Assembly (NCBI RefSeq): GCF_964355755.1
Contig: NC_092670.1
Span: 17,904,795 to 17,968,794, forward strand
DNA length: 64,000 nucleotides
From: Antedon mediterranea
Lineage: Eukaryota; Animalia; Echinodermata
Direction of reading: 5' to 3'
Shown: piece by piece, positions 62,122-64,000 of the stretch
Numbering within the stretch: the first letter of the stretch is position 1
Layout: every line of letters begins with the position of its first letter
Program-made: the position numbers and the translations under genes
The notes under the pieces: model-generated
Databases searched by the model: none
The model's input: the letters and a program-made list of their open reading frames with translations, nothing else
Told to the model about the DNA's origin: nothing

Positions 62122-64000
62122 AATATTGGACATTCGTTGCTTTCTTTATAGGCCTACATCATTACACTAATAGCTGTGACCGCCGGAATTGCTAAACAAA
62201 CAAACATTCGCCAAAACTGATATTATTTTGGAGTAATGATTGTGCTTGTTTCTAAAGTCTAAGATTCCATGAGTGTCTATTCGAGTAAAAACTAAATAAA
62301 GTTACCGAGAATTCATATTAAGAAATTTCCCCTTGAATAGGGTGTGGTGTAAGTTAATAAGAGTACACTTATAACTTAACTCTTCCCTGGTTAAAGTATA
62401 CGTGTAAGCTAATTTTAAATGTTTATTAGGCAAACACATTAATAATAAATGTATTATATGGCGTATGCGAATTTTTTGTATTGTGTATATTTTCTGAAAT
62501 TGTGAATTTGTATTGACAAATATCATGTATATTCTTTTTTTTTTCTCTTTCGTGGGGGTCACCCACATTTATTCATTCCTTTTACAAATATATATTATAT
62601 AACATACATACATTTTTATAAAATAAAGAACAATAAAATTCAATATAACAGCTAAAAAGGCACTATATCTATACATGTACATAAAATCGATGGAGTAAAA
62701 GTATGCTTTAAAAACGTACATTTTATGTTTATTGCAAGTTATAGTAAAAGTACGACTATTTATCATTTAAATTTACTTTATATTAAGAAATGTATTAAAA
62801 AGTAGCTGTTTCTTTTATTATATCTTAAATCATGTATATTCTTTTAATTATTTTTGCACCATCACCAGATTCGACATTAATTTATACCACCATCTTTTAT
62901 AGTTAGAATGTTATCCGCTGAAACTACTTAAAGTTCCCAATTATTAAGTCCGGCGCACACTAGAGCTTTCGGCTGAGCCAACTGGCACGAGTAACACTTG
63001 CTCACATCGTGCGTCGGGCTTTAGTTTCAGTACGTTACATTTTTTGTTTGAAGGATAGAGGATGTTCAGACGAATCGAAAGTAACGCGAGCGCATAATTT
63101 CGTGTTTGATGCAACTTTACATTAGACTTTAGGCCGTCTCAACATAACTATAAATGGTAAATCTACTCTAATTTATTTCAAACTAAACATCCACAAACAA
63201 TAAACATATATCATGGAAAATGTGACCACAAACAAATAAGTAAAAAGTTAGTTGCACGATACCAAAATAAGGCGATACCCGGATAAACAATGATGATGGA
63301 GAAATTTGACCGATGAATAAAATAATCAGGAAAATAAAGTTTTCCTGATTATTAGAATTAGTCGCAATCACCGATATTTTTAAATAATAAAACATGGACT
63401 GGATGATTTTACGCGATAATACGTAGTTTTCTGAGCGTGTGCAGTATGTCTGTTAAAAAATAATACGTTTTTTTCTTCGAAAATGAAGAGTGTCGAAATA
63501 TGTGTTTATTTAAAACAATTTAATCATCAATTTTCCAAATATAAAACCATAACTTGTAAACTATTGTATAGTAGGCTACCTGTCATTAATAGTATTTCAC
63601 AAAAAAATATACAACGACGATCTCAATATTAATATTTATAACCGGGGTAACCTACATTATTCGTAGTTGAGTTATTAATTCTAACAACAAGTATGGCGCG
63701 CCACGCTGTCAAAACTAAGATATCTCTATTGCTTGAATAAATAACAGCTTGGCGCGCCATACACAAGGTTTAACATTCATATTTGAACCTATTCAATCTT
63801 AATTCATCAGTAACCGATGGATGTAATTAAAAGCTTTCGAATCCCGACACAAAAGAGAAGCATTTCCCGATAATATCCTTTGATTTCATTCTGAATTAAC
63901 AATAGATTATTAAATTAGAAAATCAGTTGATATCGCAATGAGGTCGCAATAAATACTTTCACTCAATAGACACAGGCCTGGTAATTTGATTCTGCTGAGA

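Overview
AT-rich, intron-containing animal genomic DNA. A marine invertebrate deuterostome such as an echinoderm is likely, but this is inferred from repeat and GPCR content. The window holds five main things. (1) A complete 23-coding-exon ATP-citrate lyase gene (ACLY, + strand, 10743-31679, 1098 aa when I join the GT-AG exons). (2) A convergent gene whose uninterrupted ORF encodes a TTC22/IFIT-like TPR solenoid fused to a C-terminal TIR domain (- strand, 35037-36938). (3) Three intronless rhodopsin-class orphan GPCRs (+ strand). (4) Two nearly identical 5'-truncated L2/Crack-type LINE copies, plus older LINE, SINE, MITE and tRNA-like repeats. (5) Three large tandem arrays with 132-, 41- and 53-bp units. 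The most notable observations are the TPR-TIR candidate immune receptor and a ~87-copy minisatellite built from the ACLY exon-20 splice donor itself. Also notable are a tandem repeat of the TPR-TIR stop-codon region, an AP-1-site-bearing satellite interrupted by a young LINE, and a 239-bp identical tract between two otherwise diverged GPCR paralogs. All coordinates and counts were read by eye and may be off by a few bases.
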